64,000 bases of DNA from an uncultured delta proteobacterium (GCA_963706575.1 CAVPNL010000004.1:448001-512000); one strand, 5' to 3'. Positions 1 to 9,844 are shown, counted from the stretch's first letter. Made by a program: numbers and translations. Notes: generated by a model not told the origin, from the letters alone.

Positions 1-893
1 ATCATTTTCCCGGAAAGGCTGAGATCATAGCCTGAAAATTTTTCGCCCAGCTGTTTAAAGTCCTTTTCATGTAAAAGGCTTAAAAATCGCTGAATCCCTT
101 CATCAAAAAAACGATCCTTTAACACCATCAAATCGAATCGCTCCCAGCGAATTGGGATGAACCCGATATTCAATAATCCCGCAACCGCGCCGATACCGGG
201 ACCGGCGTCTGCCCTCCCCGCTACAATCTCCAGCCCCACATCCAGATGCCGGTGGACCTCATCGCCATAGCCGTCAATTTTTTCTCCCTCGATGCCGGCC
301 TTTTTGAATTCCCGATCCAGCAACAGGCGTGTCCCGGTACCGAGCGGCCGGTTAACAATTCGGAGGCCGGGTTGGGCCAGATCAGCGACCCCGGAAATTT
401 TTTTGGGATTGCCCTCCGCCACCAGAATGCCCTGCTCACGACGGCAAAAATTGACAACGGCCGGAATTAGGTTCAGTTCCTGAAAAGCATAATCAAAATT
501 ATACTCCTCTTCGTCTTCCTGCAGTAGATGGCTTGAAGCAATATGGCAAAGGTTTTGCCGCAAAGCCCGCAAGCCCCCCATGCTGCCCAGATTTCCGAAA
601 ACGGCCAGGGGCACTTGAATTTGGCTGTTATAAAGTGTAATCGAGCGGTCCAGCAATGGATCGTTGCTGCCGGCCAGGATGAGTACTCCCTGCTGGAGGG
701 GCTGCAGGCTGCCAGTGTCCGGGTAGTTGATGGTCTGGGTTTCAACCCACTGTTCCACCAGATGTCTCGGGAAAAGCCATTTTCCCGTTACTTTGGAAGC
801 CGGCAGACCTTTTTCGGCAACCAGGGTGTAAACCATCTTTTCATTGACATTGAGCAACCGCGCAACTTCTTTGGTGCTAAGGAGGGGATTCAT
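1..893 (-). CDS. HTH_17 (excisionase-like) + PBP-like substrate-binding domain transcriptional regulator, TaoR-type; 3' end runs off the window
   Basis: Not in the ORF track because there is no stop in the window. Manual translation from ATG 893 gives MNPLLSTKEVARLLNVNEKMVYTLVAEKGLPASKVTGKWLFP..., then AGSNDPLL, GSMGGL, IVNRPLGTGTRLLLD, motifs typical of HTH_17 + molybdate/tungstate PBP-like regulators. RBS GAGGAG upstream. Confidence 0.85.
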   Translation of the reverse strand, partial: MNPLLSTKEVARLLNVNEKMVYTLVAEKGLPASKVTGKWLFPRHLVEQWVETQTINYPDTGSLQPLQQGVLILAGSNDPLLDRSITLYNSQIQVPLAVFGNLGSMGGLRALRQNLCHIASSHLLQEDEEEYNFDYAFQELNLIPAVVNFCRREQGILVAEGNPKKISGVADLAQPGLRIVNRPLGTGTRLLLDREFKKAGIEGEKIDGYGDEVHRHLDVGLEIVAGRADAGPGIGAVAGLLNIGFIPIRWERFDLMVLKDRFFDEGIQRFLSLLHEKDFKQLGEKFSGYDLSLSGKM

Positions 894-1205
894 TGGATTC
901 TCCTCGCGTTCTGCAAAAGTTTAATAACAAACTCCCAATTGAAAGTGTCTTCTTATATTTTTTAGTAACTTTTAGTCAATAAAAAACTGAGTTGGTGAAA
1001 ATTATTAGGTTAAAATAACTTATTATTACTAAATATAACATCAAAACACTGAAAATGGGTGTAAAAAATTCAGCTCGATTGTTTAAAGCCCATCAAAAAT
1101 AGGGAATATTTTGATGGTTGAATAACAGGTGCGAACGGTATAACGATACAAAAGCATCAAAATCAGCGTAGAGCATACATTTTCTACCCGAATTGGAGGA
1201 TCGCA

Positions 1206-1922
1206 ATGAAAACCATTGGGATGATCGGCGGTATGAGCTGGGAGTCTTCGATTGAGTATTACCGGATCATCAATGAAACCGTTCGAAATGAGCTGGGTGG
1301 GCTGCATTCCGCCAAAAGCATAATGGTTTCGGTGGAGTTTGCCGAAATTGAAGCGCTGCAGCATCAGGATCGCTGGGATGAGGCCGCCGAAATTTTGATC
1401 GATGCGACCCGCAGCCTTGAAAGCGGCGGCGCTGATTTTGCCATCATTTGTACAAACACCATGCATAAATTGTATGATATAATACAACAAAATGTCCGGA
1501 TCCCGCTGCTGCACATCGCGGATGCTACGGCTGAAAGGATCAAAGCCCAGGGGATTCAAAAAATAGCCCTATTGGGAACGCGCTTCACTATGGAAGAAAA
1601 TTTCTATAAAGGCAGACTGGTGGACAACTATGGACTGGAGGTCATCATACCGGGTGCAGAAGACATGGAAATCGTGCACCGTATTATTTATAACGAGCTT
1701 TGCGCCGGGATTATCCAACCGGACTCAAAACAAAAATATGCGGATATCATTCAACGCCTGGTTAAAGAAGGCGCAGAAGGCATAATCTTGGGGTGCACAG
1801 AGATCGGGTTGCTCGTCAAACAGGATGACAGCCCTGTTCCACTGTTTGATACCACTGAAATTCATGCGACGGCTGCCGTAAAATATGCCCTGGCGGATGA
1901 AATGAGTCCGCCCGGCCAATAA
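1206..1922 (+). CDS. Aspartate/glutamate racemase family protein
   Basis: MKTIGMIGGMSWES start, CTNTMH and LGCTEI catalytic motifs, GGAGG RBS. Confidence 0.93.
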   Translation: MKTIGMIGGMSWESSIEYYRIINETVRNELGGLHSAKSIMVSVEFAEIEALQHQDRWDEAAEILIDATRSLESGGADFAIICTNTMHKLYDIIQQNVRIPLLHIADATAERIKAQGIQKIALLGTRFTMEENFYKGRLVDNYGLEVIIPGAEDMEIVHRIIYNELCAGIIQPDSKQKYADIIQRLVKEGAEGIILGCTEIGLLVKQDDSPVPLFDTTEIHATAAVKYALADEMSPPGQ

Positions 1923-1941
1923 AAAAAAGCAATGGATACTC

Positions 1942-2092
1942 GAGGGGTCGGGGAGCTTTACCGTCATTCCCGCGCCAGGCTGGCATCCAGTCCTTGTCCC
2001 CGCGCAGGCGGGGATCCAAACAGCAAAACATTTCTGGATTCCCGCCTGCGCGGGAATGACAAGCTGGGAATGGAAAAACGCCCCGATCCCTC
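1942..2092. repeat. REP-like cluster (GTCATTCCCGCG..GCGGGAATCCAG family) nested inside an outer inverted repeat
   Basis: Units at 1963-1990, ~1994-2018 and an inverted unit at 2034-2060. Outer arms gaggggtcggggagcttt (1942-1959) and aaaacgccccgatccctc (2075-2092). Confidence 0.85.
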
Positions 2093-2744
2093 AATGAATA
2101 CTTCGAGTTTTGGTTGTCTTGAGCGGCCAGGGACACAGTTTGTCCAGAGGGCAGGTCGGACATTTTGGTTTGCGGGCCATGCATGTCTCCCTGCCGAAAA
2201 AAATCAGCTGAAGACTAAAATCATTCCAGGCCCGTTTGGGGAGAATTTTCATCAAATCGAACTCGATTTTCACCGGGTCCTTGTTCTCGGTCAGCCCCAG
2301 CCTCCCGGATATACGGGCCACATGGGTATCCACCACCACGCCGGAAATACCGAAGGCGGCTCCCAGAACCACATTGGCGGTCTTACGCCCCACCCCGGGC
2401 AGTTTCACCAACTCCTCCAGGGTCTGCGGCACCTGTCCGCGGTGCAGATCTAAAAGCGCTCTTGAACAATTTTTAATGTTTTTGGCTTTGTTGTGAAAGA
2501 AGCCGGTGGGACGAATCAGCTTTTCAATGGATTTAATAGGCGCAGCGGCAAAATCAGCAGGCGTTTTAAGGCGTTTAAAAAGCACCGGCGTAACCTGATT
2601 CACCTGTTTATCAGTGCATTGGGCCGACAGAATGGTGGCAACCAGAAGTTGAAAGGGATTCCGATGAAACAGCTGGGTTTTGACTTCCGGATAAATCTTT
2701 CGCAGAATCTTACGAATTTTATCAGCACGCGGTTTTAGCTGCAT
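2091..2744 (-). CDS. nth: Endonuclease III
   Basis: LSAQCTD, HhH motif LPGVGRKTANVVL, VDTHV, C-terminal CxARKPKCxxCPLxxxC Fe-S motif. Confidence 0.96.
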   Translation of the reverse strand: MQLKPRADKIRKILRKIYPEVKTQLFHRNPFQLLVATILSAQCTDKQVNQVTPVLFKRLKTPADFAAAPIKSIEKLIRPTGFFHNKAKNIKNCSRALLDLHRGQVPQTLEELVKLPGVGRKTANVVLGAAFGISGVVVDTHVARISGRLGLTENKDPVKIEFDLMKILPKRAWNDFSLQLIFFGRETCMARKPKCPTCPLDKLCPWPLKTTKTRSIH

Positions 2745-2750
2745 ACAAAA

Positions 2751-2918
2751 GTCCGTGGTCAGTTGTCCGTCGTCAGTTGCAAAAATTCCTTTTCTATCCT
2801 ATTTTAGAGGAGGTGCTTAACGGATCTATTTAGGCGTAGGATATAAGTCGGTTTTAAGGGCACAGTCAAGTCTGAATAATATTCGACCGGCAACTGGCCA
2901 CAGATAACCAACCACCAA
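2751..2918. repeat. Inverted pair of heptamer tandem arrays (GTCCGTG/GTCAGTT family), empty
   Basis: Left arm gtccgtg gtcagtt gtccgtc gtcagtt gc (2751-2780). Degenerate right arm gcaactggccacagataaccaaccacc (from 2890) resembles its reverse complement. Confidence 0.65.
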
Positions 2919-2969
2919 CAGAAACTTAATGATAAACGGCTCAAAAATCTCTACTACCGACGAACCTCT

Positions 2970-3965
2970 ATGAATCCGAACGAAAGAAAAGTACGTGCCT
3001 TAGGCTTGTGTTCCGGAGGTCTGGACAGCACGCTGGCCGGCCTGGTGTTACGCGATCAGGGAATCGATGTCGAATGGATCACATTTGAGACGCCGTTCTT
3101 TGCGGCGGCCAAAGCCCGTAAGGCTTCTGAAAATACGGGCATCCCCTTAACCGTTAAACCCATTTATCCCGTTTACATCAACATGTTGAAGAATCCGCCG
3201 GCCGGATACGGCAAACAAATGAACCCCTGTATGGATTGTCACGCCCTCATGTTCAAACTGGCCGGCGAGGTGATGAAGGAAAAAAATTTTGATTTTCTGT
3301 TTAGCGGTGAAGTCCTGGGACAGCGGCCGATGTCGCAGACCAAATCATCCCTGATGTATGTCGAAAAACATTCGGGCTTTAAAGGGTATATTCTGCGGCC
3401 GTTAAGCGCCAAAAAGCTTCCGGAAACCATTCCGGAAAAGGAAGGCCTGGTCGACCGCGAACGTCTGCTGGACTTTGCGGGCCGGGGCCGCAAACCTCAA
3501 ATCGCGCTGGCCAGGAAATTCGACCTCACCGATTATCCCGCTCCGGCCGGTGGCTGCCTGCTGACCGACGTCGCATATTCCAAGCGACTGAAAGATCTGT
3601 TTGCCCATCAGGATGAGTGCACGGAGGAAGAGTTGCACCTTTTAAAATACGGTCGCCATTTTCGCTTGAATCCGCAAACGAAACTGATTGTCGGACGCAC
3701 TCAGAAAGATAATGAAAACATATTGAAATATCACAATTCGCAAACCGATACGGTGATCGACGTCAAAGATTACTCCAGCCCCATTGGGCTGGTCCCCCGT
3801 GGCGGTCCCAAAGATGTGACTTATCTGGCAAGTTCCATCTGCGTCGGTTACAGCAAGGCCTCCAACCTGACCCCCATCGATGTCGTCATCAAAACACCTC
3901 AAAGCCGGGAAACCATCCAGGTCATTGGTATTCCCACCGATGATTTTAAAAAATTATTAATTTAG
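2970..3965 (+). CDS. ThiI/MnmA-like PP-loop tRNA thiolation enzyme (no THUMP domain)
   Basis: PP-loop SGGLDS, PCMDCH, GEVLGQRPMSQ, PAGGCLLTD, GRHFRL. Confidence 0.85.
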   Translation: MNPNERKVRALGLCSGGLDSTLAGLVLRDQGIDVEWITFETPFFAAAKARKASENTGIPLTVKPIYPVYINMLKNPPAGYGKQMNPCMDCHALMFKLAGEVMKEKNFDFLFSGEVLGQRPMSQTKSSLMYVEKHSGFKGYILRPLSAKKLPETIPEKEGLVDRERLLDFAGRGRKPQIALARKFDLTDYPAPAGGCLLTDVAYSKRLKDLFAHQDECTEEELHLLKYGRHFRLNPQTKLIVGRTQKDNENILKYHNSQTDTVIDVKDYSSPIGLVPRGGPKDVTYLASSICVGYSKASNLTPIDVVIKTPQSRETIQVIGIPTDDFKKLLI

Positions 3966-4010
3966 GTATTGGGTATTAGGTATTGGGTATTGGGTATTGG
4001 GTATTGGGTA
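3963..4010. repeat. Heptamer tandem array (TGGGTAT)x7, one arm flanking four-helix-bundle gene 1
   Basis: taggtat tgggtat taggtat tgggtat tgggtat tgggtat tgggta; starts in the TAG stop of the upstream gene. Confidence 0.95.
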
Positions 4011-4034
4011 CAAAGAACAAATCGATACCACCAA

Positions 4035-4412
4035 TTAGGTTTTTATTTCTTTTTGATGGGCCTTTTTAATCGATCCTATATATGCATTAAGCCTTTTAGG
4101 TAATATTTCAATTATTTCGTTAATTTCCTCGATCTTATTTTTTATTAAATTCCTCCGAATAGCTTTGAAAAACCAACTCCTGCACTCAAATAAAGAACCT
4201 CTGGCATAATAGCAAAATCTCAAACGATCATTATAATGATAACGTCCATGACCTTCAGCAATGTTAGCAGAAATGGAATCAGCCGCGCGGACCAGTTGCT
4301 TTCCAACAGTGTCTCTTGCGGAGTAATCCAGCCTGATGCATAATTCCCATATCTTGTCAGATAAATCTTCAGCCATTTGATAAATTTCAAGATCTTCAAC
4401 TTTTAATACCAT
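4035..4412 (-). CDS. Four helix bundle protein (23S rRNA-IVP / Avd-like family)
   Basis: VEDLEIYQ, QLVRAADSISANIAEGHGR, FCYYARGSLFE. AT-rich relative to its neighbours; GAGGAGG RBS. Confidence 0.93.
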   Translation of the reverse strand: MVLKVEDLEIYQMAEDLSDKIWELCIRLDYSARDTVGKQLVRAADSISANIAEGHGRYHYNDRLRFCYYARGSLFECRSWFFKAIRRNLIKNKIEEINEIIEILPKRLNAYIGSIKKAHQKEIKT

Positions 4413-4475
4413 TTCAATCCTCCTCGTAACTCTGCTTCAAACCAAAAAGTGTTTAGTACTATCATTTGCCAACTC

Positions 4476-4508
4476 ATTACCAACAACTAATACCTAATAC
4501 CCAATACC
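4476..4508. repeat. Inverted heptamer arm (ATACCCA family) flanking four-helix-bundle gene 1
   Basis: attaccaacaactaatacctaatacccaatacc; the reverse complement ggtattgggtattaggtattag... matches the 3963-4010 array and overlaps the last codons of rlmN. Confidence 0.85.
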
Positions 4509-5543
4509 ATATTTACCCGCCAGCTGCCCGCAAGCTGCCGAAATGTCCTGTCCCTTGCTCTGGCGAATCATGACCGTATAGTTCTTATCGATCAAAATCT
4601 TCTGAAATCGGAGAATGCGATCTTCGCTCGGTCGTTGATATTGACAACCTTTATGAGGATTGAAAGGGATGAGATTTATTTTGGCTTTCACGGGCCGCAG
4701 GAGTTTGGCCAGGCGATTGGCATCTTCGAACGAATCGTTGACATCTTTTAACAGGACATATTCGAAGGTAATCCGTCGCCCACCGGAAAGCGGAAATTGC
4801 TGACAGGCTCTCAGTAATTTTTCGATGGGAAACTTCCGGTTGATGGGCATCAGGCGGTTGCGGGTGGCGTTATCGGTGGCATTGAGCGAAACGGCCAGAT
4901 TTGCCCGCGTATCGCGTCCCAGGTCGGCCAGACGGGTTACCAGGCCGGCTGTTGATACGGTTACCCGTCTCCCGGCAAAGCCAAGCCCAAGACTGCTGTC
5001 GGTGATCACCGCAATGGCTTCCACCAGGTTTTTATAATTGGCCAGGGGCTCGCCCATTCCCATAAACACCAGATTGCTCAACGGCATCGAATCTTGCAAA
5101 TCATTTTTAACGTCCCTTACCTGGGAAACAATTTCCGCCTTGGTTAAATTGCGCTGAAATCCGCAACTGGCGGTTAAACAAAACCGGCAGTTCTGCGCGC
5201 AGCCTACCTGGCTGGAAATACAGAGGGTGTAATGATCGCGCTCGGGAATAAGAACACTTTCAATGTATTTTTCATCTTCCAATTTAAACAGATATTTACG
5301 CGATCCGTCTTTTGAGGTTTCAATATTTTCAATTTGCAGGCGGCTGATTGTAAAATGATCATCCAAAAGCGGACGGATATCTTTGGCGATATCGGTCATG
5401 CGGTCAAATCGATCTGTCTGACGCAAATAGATCCATTTAAGAATTTGATCGGCACGATACGGCTCGATTCGCTGGCCGTTCAGCCAGGCAATCAATTCTT
5501 TACGATCTAGTTCGAGGATGTTCTGCTTTTTAGTATTCTGCAT
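4494..5543 (-). CDS. rlmN: 23S rRNA (A2503)/tRNA (A37) C2-methyltransferase RlmN
   Basis: Radical SAM motif CAQNCRFC, FMGMGEPL, ISAACGQL. Start taken at ATG 5543 (MQNTKK). Confidence 0.96.
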   Translation of the reverse strand: MQNTKKQNILELDRKELIAWLNGQRIEPYRADQILKWIYLRQTDRFDRMTDIAKDIRPLLDDHFTISRLQIENIETSKDGSRKYLFKLEDEKYIESVLIPERDHYTLCISSQVGCAQNCRFCLTASCGFQRNLTKAEIVSQVRDVKNDLQDSMPLSNLVFMGMGEPLANYKNLVEAIAVITDSSLGLGFAGRRVTVSTAGLVTRLADLGRDTRANLAVSLNATDNATRNRLMPINRKFPIEKLLRACQQFPLSGGRRITFEYVLLKDVNDSFEDANRLAKLLRPVKAKINLIPFNPHKGCQYQRPSEDRILRFQKILIDKNYTVMIRQSKGQDISAACGQLAGKYGIGY

Positions 5544-5632
5544 ATTAATTAAATTCCCAGACCCTGTAATGAGCGGAAAAATGAATCCATGCGACATACC
5601 CGGGCAACCCATTCTTCAGGTCTTGCGATAGA

Positions 5633-5776
5633 GAATTAATTCAGAGGTCAGGAAGCTTCTTCATTCCAAATATGTCATTCCCGCGAAAGCGGGAATCCAG
5701 AAACATTTTACTAAAAAACTGGATGCCCGCCTACGCGGGCATGAAGGAAAAGCTTCTCTGCTGTTCAATTAATTTC
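5633..5776. repeat. REP-like inverted doublet inside an outer imperfect inverted repeat
   Basis: tgtcattcccgcgaaagcgggaatccag (5673-5700) and ctggatgcccgcctacgcgggcatga (5719-5744). Outer arms aattaattcag..gaagctt and aagcttctctgctgttcaattaatt. Confidence 0.8.
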
Positions 5777-5777
5777 C

Positions 5778-5806
5778 TTGACATAGCATTTTTTAAATTA
5801 TATTTT
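5778..5806 (+). promoter_or_regulatory. Putative sigma70 promoter of the ffh operon
   Basis: TTGACA-N17-TATTTT, about 30 bp before the ffh ATG. Confidence 0.5.
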
Positions 5807-5837
5807 CAAGAATTTATGAACTTAACCAGGTAAAAGC

Positions 5838-7169
5838 ATGCTGGACAGCCTAAGCGATAGACTTAACACCATATTCCGGAAGCTTAAAGGGCATGGCAAA
5901 TTAACGGAAAAAAATATCGAGGAAGGACTGAAAGAAGTTCGCATGGCCCTTCTCGAAGCCGATGTCCACTATCGTGTCGTTAAAAGCTTCATTGCCGACG
6001 TCAAAGAACGGGCGATGGGTCAGGAGGTCCTGGAAAGTCTGACACCCGGCCAGCAGGTCATTAAAATTGTCAATGAAGCCCTGACGAAATTAATGGGTGC
6101 CCGTCATGAGGAATTGAATCTGTCGGGGACAAGTCCGGTATCGGTGATGCTCGTCGGCCTTCAGGGCTCCGGTAAAACAACCACTGCAGGTAAGCTTTCT
6201 GCATTTTTAAGAAAAAAAGGCCGCAAACCGTATCTGGTTCCGGCGGATGTCTATCGCCCGGCGGCTATCGAACAGCTTCAAAAGCTGGGCAATCAGCTGG
6301 ATGTACCGGTTTTCCCGTCCCGTACGGACCAGGACCCGGTTCAAATCTGTCAGGAGGCTCAGACCGCCGCTCATCAACAAGGATGCGATACCCTGCTGCT
6401 GGATACCGCCGGTCGCCTGCATATCGATGAGGAACTGATGGCTGAGCTGGTCAATATTAAAACAGCCATCAAGCCGGCCGATATCCTGCTGGTGGCTGAC
6501 GCCATGACCGGCCAGGATGCGGTCAATATCGCCAAATCATTCAATGAGACCCTCGATCTGAGCGGTGTGGTTCTCACAAAAATGGATGGCGATGCCCGGG
6601 GCGGGGCGGCGCTTTCAATCAAATCCATAACCGGAAAACCGATCAAGTTTATCGGTGTGGGTGAAAAGCTCAGCGACCTGGAATCATTTCACCCGGATCG
6701 CATGGCTTCCAGTATTCTGGGCATGGGAGATGTTCTTACCCTGATAGAAAAGGCCCAGGATGTCGTTGATCAGAAACAAGCCGCCGCGCTCGAGAAAAAA
6801 CTTAGAAAAAGCCAGTTCACACTGGAGGACTTCCGTGACCAGATGGTTCAGGTCCGGAAGATGGGGTCCATTACCGATCTGATAAAAATGATCCCGGGCA
6901 TGGGGCAGATGAAACAGCTGAAAAACCTGCAGGTGGATGAAAAGGAGTTTGTTCGAATCGAGGCGATTATTAACTCCATGACACCTCAGGAAAGGCGGAA
7001 TCATTCCATAATTAACGGTAGCCGCCGCAAACGAATCGCCAGGGGAAGCGGAACCCGGGTTCAGGAGGTCAACAAACTTTTAAAAAATTATACCCAGGTT
7101 TTGAAAATGTTAAAAAAATTAAATCAAGGCGGCATGCGCGGCATGGGACGAGGGATGCTGCCGTTCTGA
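5838..7169 (+). CDS. ffh: Signal recognition particle protein
   Basis: [19 protein letters not shown], Met-rich M domain. Confidence 0.98.
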   Translation: MLDSLSDRLNTIFRKLKGHGKLTEKNIEEGLKEVRMALLEADVHYRVVKSFIADVKERAMGQEVLESLTPGQQVIKIVNEALTKLMGARHEELNLSGTSPVSVMLVGLQGSGKTTTAGKLSAFLRKKGRKPYLVPADVYRPAAIEQLQKLGNQLDVPVFPSRTDQDPVQICQEAQTAAHQQGCDTLLLDTAGRLHIDEELMAELVNIKTAIKPADILLVADAMTGQDAVNIAKSFNETLDLSGVVLTKMDGDARGGAALSIKSITGKPIKFIGVGEKLSDLESFHPDRMASSILGMGDVLTLIEKAQDVVDQKQAAALEKKLRKSQFTLEDFRDQMVQVRKMGSITDLIKMIPGMGQMKQLKNLQVDEKEFVRIEAIINSMTPQERRNHSIINGSRRKRIARGSGTRVQEVNKLLKNYTQVLKMLKKLNQGGMRGMGRGMLPF

Positions 7170-7182
7170 AGGAGAAATCATA

Positions 7183-7437
7183 ATGGGAGTCAGAATTAGA
7201 CTGGCAAGACACGGCGCCAAGAAAAAACCTTTTTATCGGATCGTTGTTGCCGACAGCGAAAACCCCAGGGATGGCAGGTTTCTGGAAAAAGTGGGCACAT
7301 ACGATCCCTTAAAGGATCCGGTAGAGGTATCGTTAAATCCGGATCGAATTAAATACTGGATGGAAAAAGGTGCGATTCCGTCAGATACGGTAAGAAGTCT
7401 TTTGAAAAAGGAAGGCTTTTTTGCTAACCATAACTAG
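7183..7437 (+). CDS. rpsP: 30S ribosomal protein S16
   Basis: [23 protein letters not shown]...RDGRFLE; conserved operon position. Confidence 0.98.
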   Translation: MGVRIRLARHGAKKKPFYRIVVADSENPRDGRFLEKVGTYDPLKDPVEVSLNPDRIKYWMEKGAIPSDTVRSLLKKEGFFANHN

Positions 7438-7582
7438 AAGCCGTCTCAAAAATAGGATTTTGGTTCAAGATCGAGGCGGGGCCGAGCTTTATACCGGAGG
7501 CATACTGTTGTATGTTGAGGATTTAAAGCGAGGCACCAACAAAGATATTGGGCCAAAAGACATTTTTGAGGTGGGTTCCAGT
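7433..7582. mobile_element. MITE-like palindromic element, 150 bp
   Basis: Terminal inverted repeats actagaagccgtctcaaaaat / atttttgaggtgggttccagt (17/21), central hairpin catac-tgtt-gtatg. End fragments recur at 54168-54201 and 63380-63412. Confidence 0.75.
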
Positions 7583-7633
7583 TTAGCCGTTCATCCCCCC
7601 TGTTTCTCAACCGGCAAAAAAGGAGATGGCGCT

Positions 7634-7864
7634 ATGAAAGATCTGATCAGCTATATTGCTCAGGCACTGGTAGATCATCCGGAAGAGGTCAGCGTTACAG
7701 AGGTTGAGGGAAATCAGACCTCGGTTCTGGAACTTAAAGTGGCCAAAGAGGATCTTGGGAAAGTCATCGGCAAACAGGGCAGAACTGCACGCGCCATGCG
7801 AACGATACTGGGCGCCGCCTCCGCTAAACTAAAAAAACGCACTGTCCTCGAAATTATTGAATAA
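7634..7864 (+). CDS. khpA: KH domain RNA-binding protein KhpA
   Basis: [14 protein letters not shown]...[26 protein letters not shown]. The longer ORF from 7421 is read-through of the MITE. Confidence 0.93.
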   Translation: MKDLISYIAQALVDHPEEVSVTEVEGNQTSVLELKVAKEDLGKVIGKQGRTARAMRTILGAASAKLKKRTVLEIIE

Positions 7865-8387
7865 GTTGGCGCCAAAAAAGGACCTTGTTCTCATTGGAAA
7901 GATTGTGGGTGCCCATGGCCTTAAGGGTACCAGCAAGATTCAGTCATTTGCTGAATCCTTAGAAATTTTCAAATCGGGCACCGTCCTGCTGGTTTGCAGC
8001 CCGGAGGGCAGGGAAAACAGCTATGAAATTGACTGGGTCAAATCACATTCTCGCGGGGCGCTTTTAACCTTAAAAGAAGTAACCGGCCGTGATCAGGCAA
8101 AATCACTGATCGGATCCGAGCTCTATATTGAAAAAACAGAACTTCCAGAATTGGAAGACGGCGCCTATTACTGGTTTGATCTCATTGGCATGAACGTTTA
8201 CACATCAGATGACCGCTACATTGGACGCCTAGATTCGATTATCGAAACCGGGGCCAATGATGTGTATGTTGTTAAAGACGCTGAAAGAGAAATACTGGTT
8301 CCGGCCCTTGAATCGGTTGTGCGTTCCATCGATATCGAATCGAAAATAATGCGAGTTGAATTACCCGAAGGACTGGAAGAGGTATAA
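7857..8387 (+). CDS. rimM: Ribosome maturation factor RimM
   Basis: [30 protein letters not shown]. Confidence 0.96.
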   Translation: MNKLAPKKDLVLIGKIVGAHGLKGTSKIQSFAESLEIFKSGTVLLVCSPEGRENSYEIDWVKSHSRGALLTLKEVTGRDQAKSLIGSELYIEKTELPELEDGAYYWFDLIGMNVYTSDDRYIGRLDSIIETGANDVYVVKDAEREILVPALESVVRSIDIESKIMRVELPEGLEEV

Positions 8388-8404
8388 TTGGATGTGATTA
8401 GGGA

Positions 8405-9199
8405 ATGAAATTTGTCGTATTAACAATTTTTCCTGAAATGTTTGACCCATTTTGGGATCACGGGATTATCAGGAGAGCGATCGATCAAAAAATAATCTTC
8501 GCGTCAACCTTGAATATCAGAGATTTTGCTGAAGACAAACACCAGGTAACCGATGATCGGCCCTATGGCGGCGGCAGTGGGATGGTGATGAAGCCCGAAC
8601 CATTAGCCGGCGCGATTCGGGCGGCCAACCGCAAATGCCCTGCTGCAAAAACAATTTTACTGTCACCTCAGGGACGTGTTTTTGATCAGGCAGTAGCAAA
8701 TGAACTGGCCGGTTTTGAAGGGCTGGTTCTGGTGTGTGGACGTTACGAAGGCGTCGATGAGCGCATCAGCCACGACCTCATTGACGATGAAATTTCTATC
8801 GGAGATTATGTACTGACCGGCGGTGAACTGGCGGCCATGGTTATCATCGATGCCGTTACCCGCCAGATACCCGGCACCCTGGGGGGGGAAGACGCCGCTG
8901 AAAAAGATTCATTTTCAAACGGCTTGCTCGAACACGCGCATTACACCCGACCGCAATTTTTTGAAGGCAAAGCGGTACCGCAGATACTGTTGTCGGGACA
9001 TCACGAAGCGATTGAAAATTGGCGCCTGGAATCTGCGATGCTGCGCACCTTATTAAAGCGGCCGGATCTGTTAAAAAATAAATCGTTGAGCAAACAGGAA
9101 TTGGATATCTTAAAAAAGTGGTCGCAGCGCATTGAAGAAATAATAAAAAATTACCACAGAGAAGACAGAGCGCACAAAGAAAAAAATAATAAATCATAA
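8405..9199 (+). CDS. trmD: tRNA (guanine-N1)-methyltransferase TrmD
   Basis: [34 protein letters not shown]. Confidence 0.97.
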   Translation: MKFVVLTIFPEMFDPFWDHGIIRRAIDQKIIFASTLNIRDFAEDKHQVTDDRPYGGGSGMVMKPEPLAGAIRAANRKCPAAKTILLSPQGRVFDQAVANELAGFEGLVLVCGRYEGVDERISHDLIDDEISIGDYVLTGGELAAMVIIDAVTRQIPGTLGGEDAAEKDSFSNGLLEHAHYTRPQFFEGKAVPQILLSGHHEAIENWRLESAMLRTLLKRPDLLKNKSLSKQELDILKKWSQRIEEIIKNYHREDRAHKEKNNKS

Positions 9200-9279
9200 C
9201 AATTTCCGAAAATTATTACAGATATTCAAGTTTGAACCAACTTTCACTTCTCTGTGAACTCTGTGTTCTCTGTGGTGAA
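9151..9279. repeat. Inverted pair of 9-mer arrays (CACAGAGAA / TTCTCTGTG), empty
   Basis: ttaccacagagaagacagagcgcacaaaga (9151-9180) and tctctgtgaactctgtgttctctgtggtgaa (9249-9279). Confidence 0.85.
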
Positions 9280-9286
9280 AAAAAAC

Positions 9287-9844
9287 ATGCCGAAACTTTA
9301 TGTGGCATTGATCCATTACCCGGTGGTCAATAAAAACGGCGAAACAATTGCATCCGCCTTGACCAACCTGGATTTACACGATATATCGAGGGCCGCTAAA
9401 ACATACGGCCTGGAGGCATTTTTTGTCGTTACGCCGCTTGAAGACCAGAAAGGTCTGGTCGAAAAGATAATTTCGCATTGGACAACCGGCATTGGTGCTG
9501 AGTACAATCCCAAAAGGCGCAGCGCTCTCGAGCTTATACGTGTCTATGATTCGTTCCCGGAAGCGCTCGAACGGATCGCAGCAGCGGAAGGCAGCTATCC
9601 GATAACCATCGCAACCTGCGCGCGGAAATATCCGGCCAGCATCAGCAGCAAAAAATTGCGTGCCATGTTGACCAACGGCAAGCCGCATGTGCTGATTTTA
9701 GGGACTGCCTGGGGTTTAACTGAAGAATTTATTTCCAAGGCCGATTATGTACTCGAACCGATTGTGGGAAAAACAGACTACAACCACCTATCGGTACGCT
9801 CGGCCGCAGCAATTATATTTGATAGACTGATGGGCAAAAAATAA
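9287..9844 (+). CDS. SPOUT-class RNA methyltransferase (Methyltrn_RNA_4 type)
   Basis: LYVALIHYPVVNK, TNLDLHDISRAAKTYG, GTAWGL, YNHLSVRSAAAIIFDRL; usual position after trmD. Confidence 0.9.
   Translation: MPKLYVALIHYPVVNKNGETIASALTNLDLHDISRAAKTYGLEAFFVVTPLEDQKGLVEKIISHWTTGIGAEYNPKRRSALELIRVYDSFPEALERIAAAEGSYPITIATCARKYPASISSKKLRAMLTNGKPHVLILGTAWGLTEEFISKADYVLEPIVGKTDYNHLSVRSAAAIIFDRLMGKK

Noticed and set aside
543..965. 140-aa plus-strand ORF and other short ORFs in 1-965
   Set aside because: They are shadows of the minus-strand regulator gene (1-893).
1816..2453. ORFs containing CHSRAGGNP / LDSRLRGND peptides
   Set aside because: They are translations of the REP-like palindromes and overlap nth or the racemase.
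3963..4010. Tandem arrays as a CRISPR array or contingency microsatellite
   Set aside because: Units are 7-10 bp with no spacers and no cas genes. They are degenerate and paired as inverted arms, not pure phase-variable tracts.
7421..7633. N-terminal extension of khpA, and similar extensions of rnhB, pgk, pgi and the MTase
   Set aside because: They are translated MITE or repeat sequence; the conserved domains start at downstream ATGs.
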